From: a virus
Taxonomy: Duplodnaviria; Caudoviricetes
Virus record (IMG/VR): IMGVR_UViG_3300000162_000007
Location: 1-55,779 of that record
Reading direction: 5' to 3' (one strand)
DNA: 55,779 nucleotides
Under the pieces are notes generated by a model. The model did not search any database. It was not told the DNA's origin and saw nothing but the letters and a program-made list of their open reading frames with translations. Each line of letters begins with the position of its first letter. Position 1 is the first letter of the stretch. Shown one piece after another: positions 25,534 to 35,051 of this stretch. A program made the translations under genes and the position numbers.

Positions 25534-25887
25534 TTATTTAGATAGATTTTCTATCTTTCTATTTAGGTAAAATGCCGCCTTCTTTAAATCTTCTAGTTCC
25601 TTTGCTGCATCTTTCTTTCCGGCTCTTGCTATGTATTTAGCTACATTGAATAGGTACGCATCTTTATCTAAACCCCATGCTTCACATACCTTTATTACTT
25701 CATATGGGTTATCAACACCACCATAATAGGCTGGGTTCTTTACTGCTTCTATTTTAACTGCTGATTTTTCTACTAACTCTTGAGCAATTCTCAAACATAC
25801 GTCTGCACCTCTTATTTTTTGTCTTTCAATTTTTTTTTCAGTTGCTTGATTAAATTCGTCTTTTCTTATCTTTGGTTTTGCTGGCAT
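25534..25887 (-). CDS. DUF3310-family protein
   Basis: VKNPAYY...NVAKYIARAGKK...EDLKKAAFYL. Confidence 0.85.
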   Translation of the reverse strand: MPAKPKIRKDEFNQATEKKIERQKIRGADVCLRIAQELVEKSAVKIEAVKNPAYYGGVDNPYEVIKVCEAWGLDKDAYLFNVAKYIARAGKKDAAKELEDLKKAAFYLNRKIENLSK

Positions 25888-25891
25888 TCTT

Positions 25892-26773
25892 TTATAATTT
25901 ATATGATATGTAATCTGCTATTAAATCTGCTACATTAATTTCACAATATTGTTCAAATCCTTTAAATCCTGGTGCACTATTTGCTTCACATACTCTAAAT
26001 CCTCTTTCATCAAAAAGTAAATCTATTCCTGCTATATGTAAATTTAATACTCTTGCTGTTTCTCTTGCTATGAAATCTATTTCATCTGTTAATTCAAATT
26101 TCTCACCTGTCCCACCATTAGTTATGTTTGCTCTAAAATCTCCTTCAGGTCCCATTCTTTTCATTGCACCAATAACTTTACCACCAATAACCAATACTCT
26201 TAAATCCTCACCTGGTTTAAATCCCAAATACTCTTGAACTAAAAGTGTTTTTGATGTTCCTAAACTTCGGATAAATTCCATTAATTTTGTGAAATCTCTT
26301 TTCTTTTCACATAAATAAACTCCTTTACCATAACTTCCAGTAACTACCTTAACTACACATGGAAATCCAATTCTATCTCTTACGATAATCTCATCAACAG
26401 GGTATTTAACCACCATTGTATTTGGAATGGGTATATTATGTTGAGAAAGTATTTGAGATGTTTGTAATTTATCTGCAACTTTTTCAATTGGGTCTGCTGA
26501 ATTGATACAGAGAACTCCTGCTTTTTCTAATTGTCTTAATAGTGCTAACATAAAATCATTAGTTCCACTACCAGTTCTTACTAATACAATTTTTGGTAAT
26601 TCTATTGTTTCTCCTGCATATAAAATACCTTGATTAATATTTTTATCTACAATAATATCAAAATTATCCGGTTGAACAATTTTTGCAGTAATTCCTTTTT
26701 TATCTAAACTTTCTAACAATCTTTTGTTTTCAAATTCAGTTTCGGTATTTTTTGAGAATATCCAAACACTCAT
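25892..26773 (-). CDS. RimK-family ATP-grasp ligase
   Basis: GSYGKGV, LVQEY, DLRVLV, FRANITNGG, GIDLL and EANSAPG motifs. Confidence 0.93.
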   Translation of the reverse strand: MSVWIFSKNTETEFENKRLLESLDKKGITAKIVQPDNFDIIVDKNINQGILYAGETIELPKIVLVRTGSGTNDFMLALLRQLEKAGVLCINSADPIEKVADKLQTSQILSQHNIPIPNTMVVKYPVDEIIVRDRIGFPCVVKVVTGSYGKGVYLCEKKRDFTKLMEFIRSLGTSKTLLVQEYLGFKPGEDLRVLVIGGKVIGAMKRMGPEGDFRANITNGGTGEKFELTDEIDFIARETARVLNLHIAGIDLLFDERGFRVCEANSAPGFKGFEQYCEINVADLIADYISYKL

Positions 26774-26776
26774 AAC

Positions 26777-26989
26777 TTATTTATCTTTTTTTAATCCGTA
26801 TTTAATCCACTTATACCAAACTCTTTCATGTATATAATATTGAATAGGTTTGTAAACTAATTCTGCTACACCAAATGCGGCACCTATTTTAATTGAACCA
26901 CTTATCAACCACATTAATAAAAACCCAATAGCGGTACTTACAATACGATATGATATGGATTTTGCAATATGTCTCTTAATCAACGGCAT
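26777..26989 (-). CDS. DUF2061-like small membrane protein
   Basis: RHIAKSISYR...YYIHERVW. Confidence 0.85.
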   Translation of the reverse strand: MPLIKRHIAKSISYRIVSTAIGFLLMWLISGSIKIGAAFGVAELVYKPIQYYIHERVWYKWIKYGLKKDK

Positions 26990-27353
26990 ATTCTATAACT
27001 TCACCATCAGTATCCATATACCCCTTTCTAATCTTAGTTCCACTAATCAATTCAACATCAGCCGGAGGATGATGATTAATTACATCGTATCCTACACCTC
27101 TACCATAGTTTACTGATTCTATATCAGGTATAATACTAACTAAAATTCTATCTGAGTTTTCTTTAAAGAATGGTTCTTCAACTAAATCTAACATAACTCT
27201 GTATGCTGATTTTGGATTGTTCTCATCTTCCGGAACATCTCTAATTGCTACCCATACATCTTTACCTTTGTCTAGTTGTTGACGGATTAACCACTCATGT
27301 CCTGCGTGCCATGTCTGCCATCTTCCGATGAATAATGCGTATTTTCTTTTCAT
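26976..27353 (-). CDS. HxGH nucleotidyltransferase (cytidyltransferase-like)
   Basis: FIGRWQTWHAGH and ISGTKIR motifs. Confidence 0.88.
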   Translation of the reverse strand: MKRKYALFIGRWQTWHAGHEWLIRQQLDKGKDVWVAIRDVPEDENNPKSAYRVMLDLVEEPFFKENSDRILVSIIPDIESVNYGRGVGYDVINHHPPADVELISGTKIRKGYMDTDGEVIEYAVD

Positions 27354-27376
27354 AACTCTAATTTACAACTTATTAA

Positions 27377-27814
27377 TTATATTTCCAAATATTCTCGTAG
27401 TCTTTTGAAAGTTTGTAATTCTCTTTCATCCGTAGTATCTAAATCTATAAAATTTTCGGTAGGTGGTTCATAGTTATCAACGTGAAAATGTTCCCTACCT
27501 CTTTCATTTGTAGTATGAACATATATTTCTTTTATACCCTCACCCATTTCGGCTTTAAATGCTTCTCTTTGGTCTTTATATGGAGAAACCAATGATACAA
27601 TTACATTAAATTTTTTACTATGTAGAAACTTAGCTAAGATTTGTGCTTTTTCTATATTTGCTTTCCGACCTGTTTCTGAATAATCTTTGTTTTGGAATAC
27701 ATCTCTAATATCATCACCATCAATTGTAATGGCTCTACGAATAAAATGTGTTTTCATCCAATTAGCCATAGTAGTTTTTCCACTACCTGGTTGTCCTGTG
27801 AACCAATATATCAT
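27377..27814 (-). CDS. cysC: Adenylylsulfate (APS) kinase
   Basis: WFTGQPGSGKTT, IDGDDIR, SLVSPY and YEPP motifs. Confidence 0.9.
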   Translation of the reverse strand: MIYWFTGQPGSGKTTMANWMKTHFIRRAITIDGDDIRDVFQNKDYSETGRKANIEKAQILAKFLHSKKFNVIVSLVSPYKDQREAFKAEMGEGIKEIYVHTTNERGREHFHVDNYEPPTENFIDLDTTDERELQTFKRLREYLEI

Positions 27815-27820
27815 AACTTT

Positions 27821-28219
27821 TTATTTTGTTAAATCTATCACATCAAATACTCTAGTGTATATTTTTTTTACACCTTCCGTATTTGTTACCAATATACAAT
27901 TTCTATATTTTTCCCAATCAACTTCAAACTTGTTATCTAATTGTCCACCAGTAACTTCCATAATAACATTGTTCAATGCGTTAATTGTATATAAAGTATT
28001 ACTATGTTTTTTTCTATGAACCAAAATAGTTTTCATTTCTAAATTTGGTTGTTCATTTTCTACTACTACATTATACGTTACAAATAATTCATTTGGAATG
28101 TTTTTGTTTTGTAAGACATAAATGTAATTATAAGCTAATGTATAACTGCTTTTAATTATTTCTATATGATTCTCAACATCTGTTTTTGTGCTGAATGTGC
28201 ATAATAATTGTGTCTTCAT
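27821..28219 (-). CDS. Hypothetical protein
   Basis: Clean ORF in the operon (MKTQLLCTF...HRKKHSNTLYTINALN). Confidence 0.75.
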   Translation of the reverse strand: MKTQLLCTFSTKTDVENHIEIIKSSYTLAYNYIYVLQNKNIPNELFVTYNVVVENEQPNLEMKTILVHRKKHSNTLYTINALNNVIMEVTGGQLDNKFEVDWEKYRNCILVTNTEGVKKIYTRVFDVIDLTK

Positions 28220-28227
28220 TTTTTTGT

Positions 28228-30162
28228 TTATCCGTATATTTCTTTATTAGCCTGTTCTAAAATTTTTGCAAATCTTCTATCTAATTGCATTTCAAATTTA
28301 ATTTGTCCTCCATATCCAACACCATCTTCTCTTGCAACAATTGTAGCGATTGGAATTACCTTTCCCTTTGCTCCTGCTCGATATGCCAAATAAGGTGGAT
28401 CTTCTTTTGTCATTGCAACTAATCCTTGTTTAATTTCTTCAAAATCTGATGTTTGGAATATATTTTGAAGTATTGCTCTATCTAAAGAATTAGGTCCTAT
28501 TGCCATAGATTCTTCACCTTCACCTACGGCTTTTAATGGAAACTCCTCTCTAATAGCGGATAACATTCCTTCTTTTAATTTTTTATTAGTTCCCAATGCA
28601 GATATAACTGCTTGTTGATGTTTTTTATGTTTCTTTTGAACTAAATCTAAATATTGTTGAGATGCTTTATCACCATTTTCTGCCGCCGCTTGTATTGCTA
28701 CCATTACAACTTTATTAGTATCTCTACTTCCTTTACCTACTTTTAATTTATCCAATGCTGTTTTTAAATCCATTTTTTTAGATTTGATTACAGCCTGTGC
28801 TTCTTTACTTTTTCCTATAGCATTTTGTAATCTTCTAACATTTGCTGTTCCAAATTTAAATAAATCCTTTCTTTCTTGTGATTGATAAACATTTGGGTTA
28901 ATATCATCAGGTAATTTTGGATCCCACTCTAATAATTTACCAGTTCCTGAATTTAAGAAGTTTACTAATGTTGATTTTTTTAATGATACTTCATCTAATA
29001 ATTCTTTACCATCTTTTGTTTTTATTTTAAAATAAACATCCGATGAAAATCCTTTATTCTTTTTATAATCTTTTAATCCCAATGCTTCCACTTCACCCTC
29101 AGTATCCCATGCACCTGCTTCTATTATTGCACCAGGATATTCTTTTGATAATCTATTTCTAATAGCTTTTCTATTATTCATAGCTGCTTGAATCCAACTC
29201 TTAGTTACAATTCTATCTTTATCATTTGCTAATTTAGGATTTGTTGCTATTTGTTTTTTTTCATGCTCTAATAAAGAATTATAAAATATTTGAGCTTGTT
29301 TGTCATCCAACGTAGTTCCAATCATAGTCATTAACTCACCTGCTTGTGCTGAAATTTGTCCTGCTCCTCCTGGTAAATCCGAAAAATGTGACCATTTTGC
29401 AGTTTGATTATCAAATTTAGTATTCATCATTCTAACTAATTCTACTAAATGTCTTGGTGGAACTTTTACATTTTGAGTAATTTCTTTTGGTAATTTATAT
29501 GGTGGAACTATTGCAAACTTTTTATTTTTAGCATCAAATCCTGCACCATTTGGTTTTGGTAATTCTAAAAATGCTTTACTTTTTAATGTATTTACATTTG
29601 CTAATGTTTTATCTTTACCACCAATTATTCTATTTTTTGTAGATACACCTTTACCTGCTGCATCTTTTGCTTTTTTATCTGCTACTTGTTGTTTTAGTTG
29701 TGCAAGTTTTTGTAAATTAGCTTTAGTTGTTGTTGGATCTTTTTGTTGAGGTGCTATTACTTTTTTGGTAGGAGCTACTTGCTGTCTATTAACTGGAACT
29801 AATCTACCTGTTTTTTTATCAGTAGTATGTGTAACTACTCCACCTTTCTTTTTACCATATCTGCCATACCCCAAATGAACTAAATGTAATTTTTCTGCTT
29901 CTTTAGAAGCCTGTGATTGTTTAGTATTTGTAGTATTTTGTTTTTTAGGTGCTGCTTCTAATGAAAATTTCTTAGGTGCTAAACTAATAGCTTCCATTAA
30001 TTGTTCATCGGTTAATGTTGCTGCACCAAATTGCTCCAATACTGAACGTAAATATTCTAATTGCTCCTTACTATTAAAATCTGGAATAGGATATGTAACA
30101 CAAAATTCTGCTAAAACCTCATCAATAATTTCACTAAGATTGTCTAAATTAAAGTTCGTCAT
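28228..30162 (-). CDS. Hypothetical protein with a possible PD-(D/E)XK nuclease-like core
   Basis: AGE...SSDVYF...EVSLKK pattern; acidic N-terminal segment followed by a basic linker. Confidence 0.5.
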   Translation of the reverse strand: MTNFNLDNLSEIIDEVLAEFCVTYPIPDFNSKEQLEYLRSVLEQFGAATLTDEQLMEAISLAPKKFSLEAAPKKQNTTNTKQSQASKEAEKLHLVHLGYGRYGKKKGGVVTHTTDKKTGRLVPVNRQQVAPTKKVIAPQQKDPTTTKANLQKLAQLKQQVADKKAKDAAGKGVSTKNRIIGGKDKTLANVNTLKSKAFLELPKPNGAGFDAKNKKFAIVPPYKLPKEITQNVKVPPRHLVELVRMMNTKFDNQTAKWSHFSDLPGGAGQISAQAGELMTMIGTTLDDKQAQIFYNSLLEHEKKQIATNPKLANDKDRIVTKSWIQAAMNNRKAIRNRLSKEYPGAIIEAGAWDTEGEVEALGLKDYKKNKGFSSDVYFKIKTKDGKELLDEVSLKKSTLVNFLNSGTGKLLEWDPKLPDDINPNVYQSQERKDLFKFGTANVRRLQNAIGKSKEAQAVIKSKKMDLKTALDKLKVGKGSRDTNKVVMVAIQAAAENGDKASQQYLDLVQKKHKKHQQAVISALGTNKKLKEGMLSAIREEFPLKAVGEGEESMAIGPNSLDRAILQNIFQTSDFEEIKQGLVAMTKEDPPYLAYRAGAKGKVIPIATIVAREDGVGYGGQIKFEMQLDRRFAKILEQANKEIYG

Positions 30163-31495
30163 AATTTTTACCGGTCGTTGTTTTTACTTGATATCTACCA
30201 TGTGGGCCCGTTAAAATGGGTATGATATCAGTATATAAATATTGTTTTTCTGTCGGATGCACATCAAAAACGAACGCATCGTAAGTATATAATATAAGTT
30301 TTGTTAATTTTCCTTCTAATTTCTCTTTAATCCTTAAAATTTTCTTTATATTTCGTTCAGTTTCATATGATTGAATGTAATAATTAAGAACTTTTGCAGG
30401 ATTAATAGGTTCAAATCTTTCCTCATTAAACTGAACATGATATAAATGTGTGAATAGGCATTTATTTTTAGTAATCGTCTCATATAATAAATCCGTAAGA
30501 TTCTGTATTTCTCTAAAATATGGTATATGTAATAACTCACTTCTAATTCCACCATATAAATTTTGGAATATTAAAGTTTTTACTTCGTTTCGGTCATCAA
30601 CACCCATTTTTTCACCAATCCATGTATAAAAATCTTTACCACTACCATAAAACTCATACAACCAAACCAATTCATTATCACCTACCATTTTACTTTTTTT
30701 GGTTTGATATATAGTATCCATTAATAATCTTGGGTGATATGCTTCAAAATCACAACTAACCAATTCGCCACCATCAAATCTACTAATAAATGATTTTCTT
30801 ACACCAGTATCTTTTTTAAGTGCAGCATAGTTTACACCCCCATGTCGATTTGATGGTCGGAGTGTAGATGTCATTAGGTTATATTCAGTATAAACTATAT
30901 TATCCTCCGTTAAATGAACTAGATTAAAGTTTGAGAGGTATTCCACATCTACTTTTAATCCCGCTTCTTCAATATAATTGAATGCTTCAGTTGCATCAAT
31001 TATAAATTTATCGGAATTGGTTGATACTGAAACTGAACATTTCATTACATATTGTTTTATTAGTTCCAATTGTTTCATCATTGGAATACTATCATTCAAA
31101 TATGGTTCACCCTTAAACTTTGATTTGTAAAACTGATTTAAAGTATTATCTCCTAATTCAACATCATGATAACCATATTGAATAAATCTACCCAAATCCA
31201 TATCAAAGGCATTTGTAAATGGTAATAAATGTTGAACTGCTTTAAGATTGAATACCCATTGTTGGTGTGGTGTATCTAACAATTCATTTAATGCTTCTAC
31301 TTTAATCCCTAACCCATCACCATTATTTACATTAATAACATATTCATCTTTATTAGTAAAAATATAAATAAATGATATACGATTGTTTGCCGCATGCTTT
31401 TCCTCATCGGATAAACGGACATAGATTTTGTTATTACTCTTTCGGTATTCCGTTAAAAATTCTTCAAATTCAAATTTATCCTCTACAAATATCAT
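30149..31495 (-). CDS. Divergent family A DNA polymerase-like protein
   Basis: TSTLRPS, motif A CDFEAYHPRL, motif B KTLIFQNLYG, NYYIQS, motif C YTYDAFVFD. Confidence 0.82.
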   Translation of the reverse strand: MIFVEDKFEFEEFLTEYRKSNNKIYVRLSDEEKHAANNRISFIYIFTNKDEYVINVNNGDGLGIKVEALNELLDTPHQQWVFNLKAVQHLLPFTNAFDMDLGRFIQYGYHDVELGDNTLNQFYKSKFKGEPYLNDSIPMMKQLELIKQYVMKCSVSVSTNSDKFIIDATEAFNYIEEAGLKVDVEYLSNFNLVHLTEDNIVYTEYNLMTSTLRPSNRHGGVNYAALKKDTGVRKSFISRFDGGELVSCDFEAYHPRLLMDTIYQTKKSKMVGDNELVWLYEFYGSGKDFYTWIGEKMGVDDRNEVKTLIFQNLYGGIRSELLHIPYFREIQNLTDLLYETITKNKCLFTHLYHVQFNEERFEPINPAKVLNYYIQSYETERNIKKILRIKEKLEGKLTKLILYTYDAFVFDVHPTEKQYLYTDIIPILTGPHGRYQVKTTTGKNYDEL

Positions 31496-31499
31496 AAAA

Positions 31500-31530
31500 C
31501 AAAGATACTACATTTTGGGTATAATACAAA
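31500..31530 (-). promoter_or_regulatory. Consensus Bacteroidota sigma70 promoter
   Basis: TTTG-N19-TATCTTTG just upstream of the PolA-like ATG. Confidence 0.75.
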
Positions 31531-31532
31531 AT

Positions 31533-31559
31533 AAAAAGGGGAGTATTTAAACTCCCTTT
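31533..31559 (-). terminator. Intrinsic terminator after the PhyH gene
   Basis: AAGGGAGT-TTAAAT-ACTCCCTT followed by T residues. Confidence 0.8.
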
Positions 31560-31562
31560 ATA

Positions 31563-32372
31563 TTAAAATCCACCGAAATTCTTTTCATCTGATTCTGTCC
31601 AGTGTTTTGCTTTTAATGCGTGCAAATCAATCGGTTCTCTTTTCATATGCCCACCTTTGTTAAAAATAGCTCCTTTTTTCAAATAACCACCTAAAAAATT
31701 TCTACGGAATCGGTTTGAGTTATTTGCTTCAGAGCCATGTACACAATGTGAGTGTAACAATACTACTTGTCCTTTTCTTAAATACCCTTCTACTTTACGG
31801 AAATCATGTCCTTCAGGCATTACACAAGGTTTACCTCTTTCGTTTCTCCAAAATGTAGGATTAGTTTTTGTTCTATCTTCATCTACTTCAATTGGTAAAA
31901 CGGGTAATCTATGTGAACCTTCGTAGTTCCACACTGCTCCGTTTTCAGGATCGTGGTTATCTAATGCCAATGCTGTGTTGATAATTTCATTATGTCCACA
32001 GCCTGTATAGAATGCGTTTTGGTGTTGGTCTCTACCTAATTGTCCTGGTGGTTTAAAATAACACCAAGTTTGCATTCCTTGTACTTCACCTTCCATTAAA
32101 AATTCACATGCTTCCAAAATTTTTGGATGACAAAATAACTTTTCTAATTTAGGTGAAAGTTTGTGTGGGTATGCAAATGGATCCCAATCACCCCATTCTT
32201 TACCATCTTCGGTGGTAGTACCAATTCTATCTTGTCTTAATTTTTCTAATTCTTCGTTTACTTCATCAACCTCATCTTCGGTTAATAACTCTAATACGGT
32301 GAATCCTCTATATCTCCAATCGAATGTAATTTGTTGTACTTCTAAATCGGTTAGATGTTTGAAATTGCTCAT
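31563..32372 (-). CDS. PhyH-family Fe(II)/2OG dioxygenase
   Basis: YFKPPG, HQN (HxD position), ENGAV..GSH and HGSEANNS..RR motifs. Confidence 0.88.
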   Translation of the reverse strand: MSNFKHLTDLEVQQITFDWRYRGFTVLELLTEDEVDEVNEELEKLRQDRIGTTTEDGKEWGDWDPFAYPHKLSPKLEKLFCHPKILEACEFLMEGEVQGMQTWCYFKPPGQLGRDQHQNAFYTGCGHNEIINTALALDNHDPENGAVWNYEGSHRLPVLPIEVDEDRTKTNPTFWRNERGKPCVMPEGHDFRKVEGYLRKGQVVLLHSHCVHGSEANNSNRFRRNFLGGYLKKGAIFNKGGHMKREPIDLHALKAKHWTESDEKNFGGF

Positions 32373-32443
32373 ATAACTTATTGTTTATTTTTTATAAATA
32401 TAACTCTTATTTTATTATTATCCAAATTTTGTTATGACTTTTA

Positions 32444-32800
32444 TCACCCTTTCCAAAACTTAAGATAATTGTTAATATATGTATCTAAATTTGAAATGGT
32501 TTGTTTTCCATATTCAACTGATTTTTTATTAGCTAATTCAGTTTCATTTTTATCACCATATATTTTCCATTTTATTTTTCCTGCAATATATAATGAATCA
32601 TTTTTAAATTCATCAAATTTAGATTTATTTATTTCATATATTAGTCCATTTGTTTCATTTCTTTTTCTTACAAAATAACGAATAATATATTGATTTTGAT
32701 AATCTTGGGAATTAGGAATTGGTTCAGATGTTTTTAATTCTAAACTATTGTATACCACAGGATTTAAATCATTCATGTAATGTTTTACTATTTCATCCAT
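32444..32800 (-). CDS. Hypothetical protein in the tail/baseplate operon
   Basis: Clean ORF downstream of the baseplate genes. Confidence 0.65.
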   Translation of the reverse strand: MDEIVKHYMNDLNPVVYNSLELKTSEPIPNSQDYQNQYIIRYFVRKRNETNGLIYEINKSKFDEFKNDSLYIAGKIKWKIYGDKNETELANKKSVEYGKQTISNLDTYINNYLKFWKG

Positions 32801-32801
32801 A

Positions 32802-34748
32802 TTACTTTATTTCGTTTGATACTCTAAATTTACATTCTATTGTAGTTTCCCATTTTCCATCATCTACTTTATGTTCAACCCCGGTTACTTGCCAATAACC
32901 AGTACTTTGTAACCAAGGTACAGGTGATGGATTTAGTTTTAATGCACTACCAACGGTTACTCCCGATAAACCCAATATTGTAAAACTAACACTAATTGGA
33001 ACTAGTGCATGTCTTCTTTCATATCCTTTTGGAAAATAAATATTTTTAACACAACTTACATCTTTAAATACACCATACATAGGATTTGCACCACCATCTC
33101 CAAATTTAGCACTTTTAGCAAATTTAATTCTGTTTTCTCCGGGTAAATGAAATGCTTGTTTCCAAGAAGTTGATACCCAATTCATTGCTTTAGTAATAGA
33201 ACCGGATGTATCCTCTCCTTCGATTGGTTTTCCTGATTTTGGTGTTGCAATTTTATCTGCTAATTTCATAACAGGATCTGGATTTACTCTTGCAAACATT
33301 CTAATTCCAGGATTATCATCTTGCTGAGCAGGATCTTCGGATGGAATTGCCATCATTGCTACAATTTCTTTTGGTAAATCACAATTTATAGAAATATTTG
33401 TTACTCTACTATGTGTTCCAAATATATTAAATTGAGTTACTTTTACTTTATCTTGTGCTAAATTTAAATCTGCAATTGTATAAATTAATTTTCCATCTTT
33501 ATTTGCTACTTCTCTTCTTACTAAATTAAATAAACCAGCTCCAGCAATATTTAATTCTGCAATAACTTTATCTAAAAAATCATTTACATTTTCACAACCT
33601 TTTGCTGTGTTTTTTAAAAATTCAGTATAAACATATATGTTTTTTATATGTCCCGCATTTCCACCTTTTATAGATGAATTTACACCTGCCATATTAATCT
33701 TTACTTCTGATTCTGGAAATACATGTGTTCCATTAAATGGTCCAAATGGTTGAGTTGCAGTTGTGGTTGGTGTTAATAATCTTGATTTATCACCTGATTT
33801 AGTATCTAAAAATCCCATTGTATTAGGATTTGGAAATAAAAAATTTTCAGATACACTAATCATATTTGGATGCCCCATTGCAATTGAATCTTCCAAATCT
33901 ATAATTAATTGAACGTCAGTAGGTGATGAACTTTTTTCTCTAAATTTATTAACTATTGCATTTATAGCAAATCCTAGTTGAACATATACATTATCGGTTT
34001 CACCCCAAGTACTTACTTTATCTATTTTATCTTCCGTAAAATTAATAGTATAACTTTTTACTTCCTCTTCATCTGTTCCTGTACCATCTCCATCTAAATT
34101 TAATGCCTGATATACGTTAACTAAATTATCCGAATCTGTTTTTGCTTCAGTTGAACTTACTTTCTTTTTTTTATTTAATGCTAAAAATCCTGGAATTTCA
34201 GAAGGTGAGCCTAATTCTAAAGTGCAATCGACTGTTGCATCATCATTTATTTTAAAATCAAAATTAACTAAAGGTCCTGCCATCATATCAACTTCATATC
34301 CATATTTGGCTATTTGATTTTCCCAATTTGTTATATTTGCTACAATTGAAGCGGCAGTTGATAAATTATTTCCTGTAAATTTAGTATTATTATTTACCCA
34401 TCCCCAACTTACCATTTGAGTATTACCGATTAATAAAAAATCTTTATATGTTGTTAATTGATTTACCGATGCAAATTTTACATGTATCTTTGCTCGTCTA
34501 ATTGCACCCAATGTTCCACTATTACCAACTTCTAATCCAGTTAAAAGTGGTGGAAATCTTTCAGTATAATTTTGTGCATTTGCTAATGAAAATGATGTGT
34601 AACTATTATATCCAATTGTTTGTGCACCATTTGCAAATTTAGTAAGCTGTATAAACGGGCTAGAACCACTAAATGTTTCTTTATTAGTGTTCTGTATTTT
34701 TTCAGCTATTTCTGATTTAAACGGTCTTATTGCTGGAAATGAACTCAT
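32802..34748 (-). CDS. Putative baseplate hub protein
   Basis: C-terminal YWQVTGVEHKVDDGKWETTIECKF is typical of hub proteins; position after the tape measure gene. Confidence 0.65.
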   Translation of the reverse strand: MSSFPAIRPFKSEIAEKIQNTNKETFSGSSPFIQLTKFANGAQTIGYNSYTSFSLANAQNYTERFPPLLTGLEVGNSGTLGAIRRAKIHVKFASVNQLTTYKDFLLIGNTQMVSWGWVNNNTKFTGNNLSTAASIVANITNWENQIAKYGYEVDMMAGPLVNFDFKINDDATVDCTLELGSPSEIPGFLALNKKKKVSSTEAKTDSDNLVNVYQALNLDGDGTGTDEEEVKSYTINFTEDKIDKVSTWGETDNVYVQLGFAINAIVNKFREKSSSPTDVQLIIDLEDSIAMGHPNMISVSENFLFPNPNTMGFLDTKSGDKSRLLTPTTTATQPFGPFNGTHVFPESEVKINMAGVNSSIKGGNAGHIKNIYVYTEFLKNTAKGCENVNDFLDKVIAELNIAGAGLFNLVRREVANKDGKLIYTIADLNLAQDKVKVTQFNIFGTHSRVTNISINCDLPKEIVAMMAIPSEDPAQQDDNPGIRMFARVNPDPVMKLADKIATPKSGKPIEGEDTSGSITKAMNWVSTSWKQAFHLPGENRIKFAKSAKFGDGGANPMYGVFKDVSCVKNIYFPKGYERRHALVPISVSFTILGLSGVTVGSALKLNPSPVPWLQSTGYWQVTGVEHKVDDGKWETTIECKFRVSNEIK

Positions 34749-34752
34749 AACT

Positions 34753-35040
34753 TTATTTTATTAAACCTGCTATTCTATTAATATCAGATGGTATTCTTAA
34801 TTGTGTTCCTGCTTTTAATTTTAAATCAATATCTGTTAAATTATTAGCTGTTGCAATTACCCACCATAAAGTTGCATCACCAAAATAATGTTGTGCCAAT
34901 AAATCTAACCTATCACCATCTACTGTCATTATTAATATATCAGTATCAACAGGTTCTACATATGGTAATACAACTGAATTATATACCAATCCTTTTCCTT
35001 GTTTAATTTGTGTTCCTATATTATCGTATCTTTGCATCAC
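34753..35040 (-). CDS. LysM-like baseplate wedge protein (gp53/tail X-like)
   Basis: GDRLDLLAQHYFGDATLWWVIATAN...LRIP. Confidence 0.85.
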   Translation of the reverse strand: MMQRYDNIGTQIKQGKGLVYNSVVLPYVEPVDTDILIMTVDGDRLDLLAQHYFGDATLWWVIATANNLTDIDLKLKAGTQLRIPSDINRIAGLIK

Positions 35041-35051
35041 TATTAAATATA

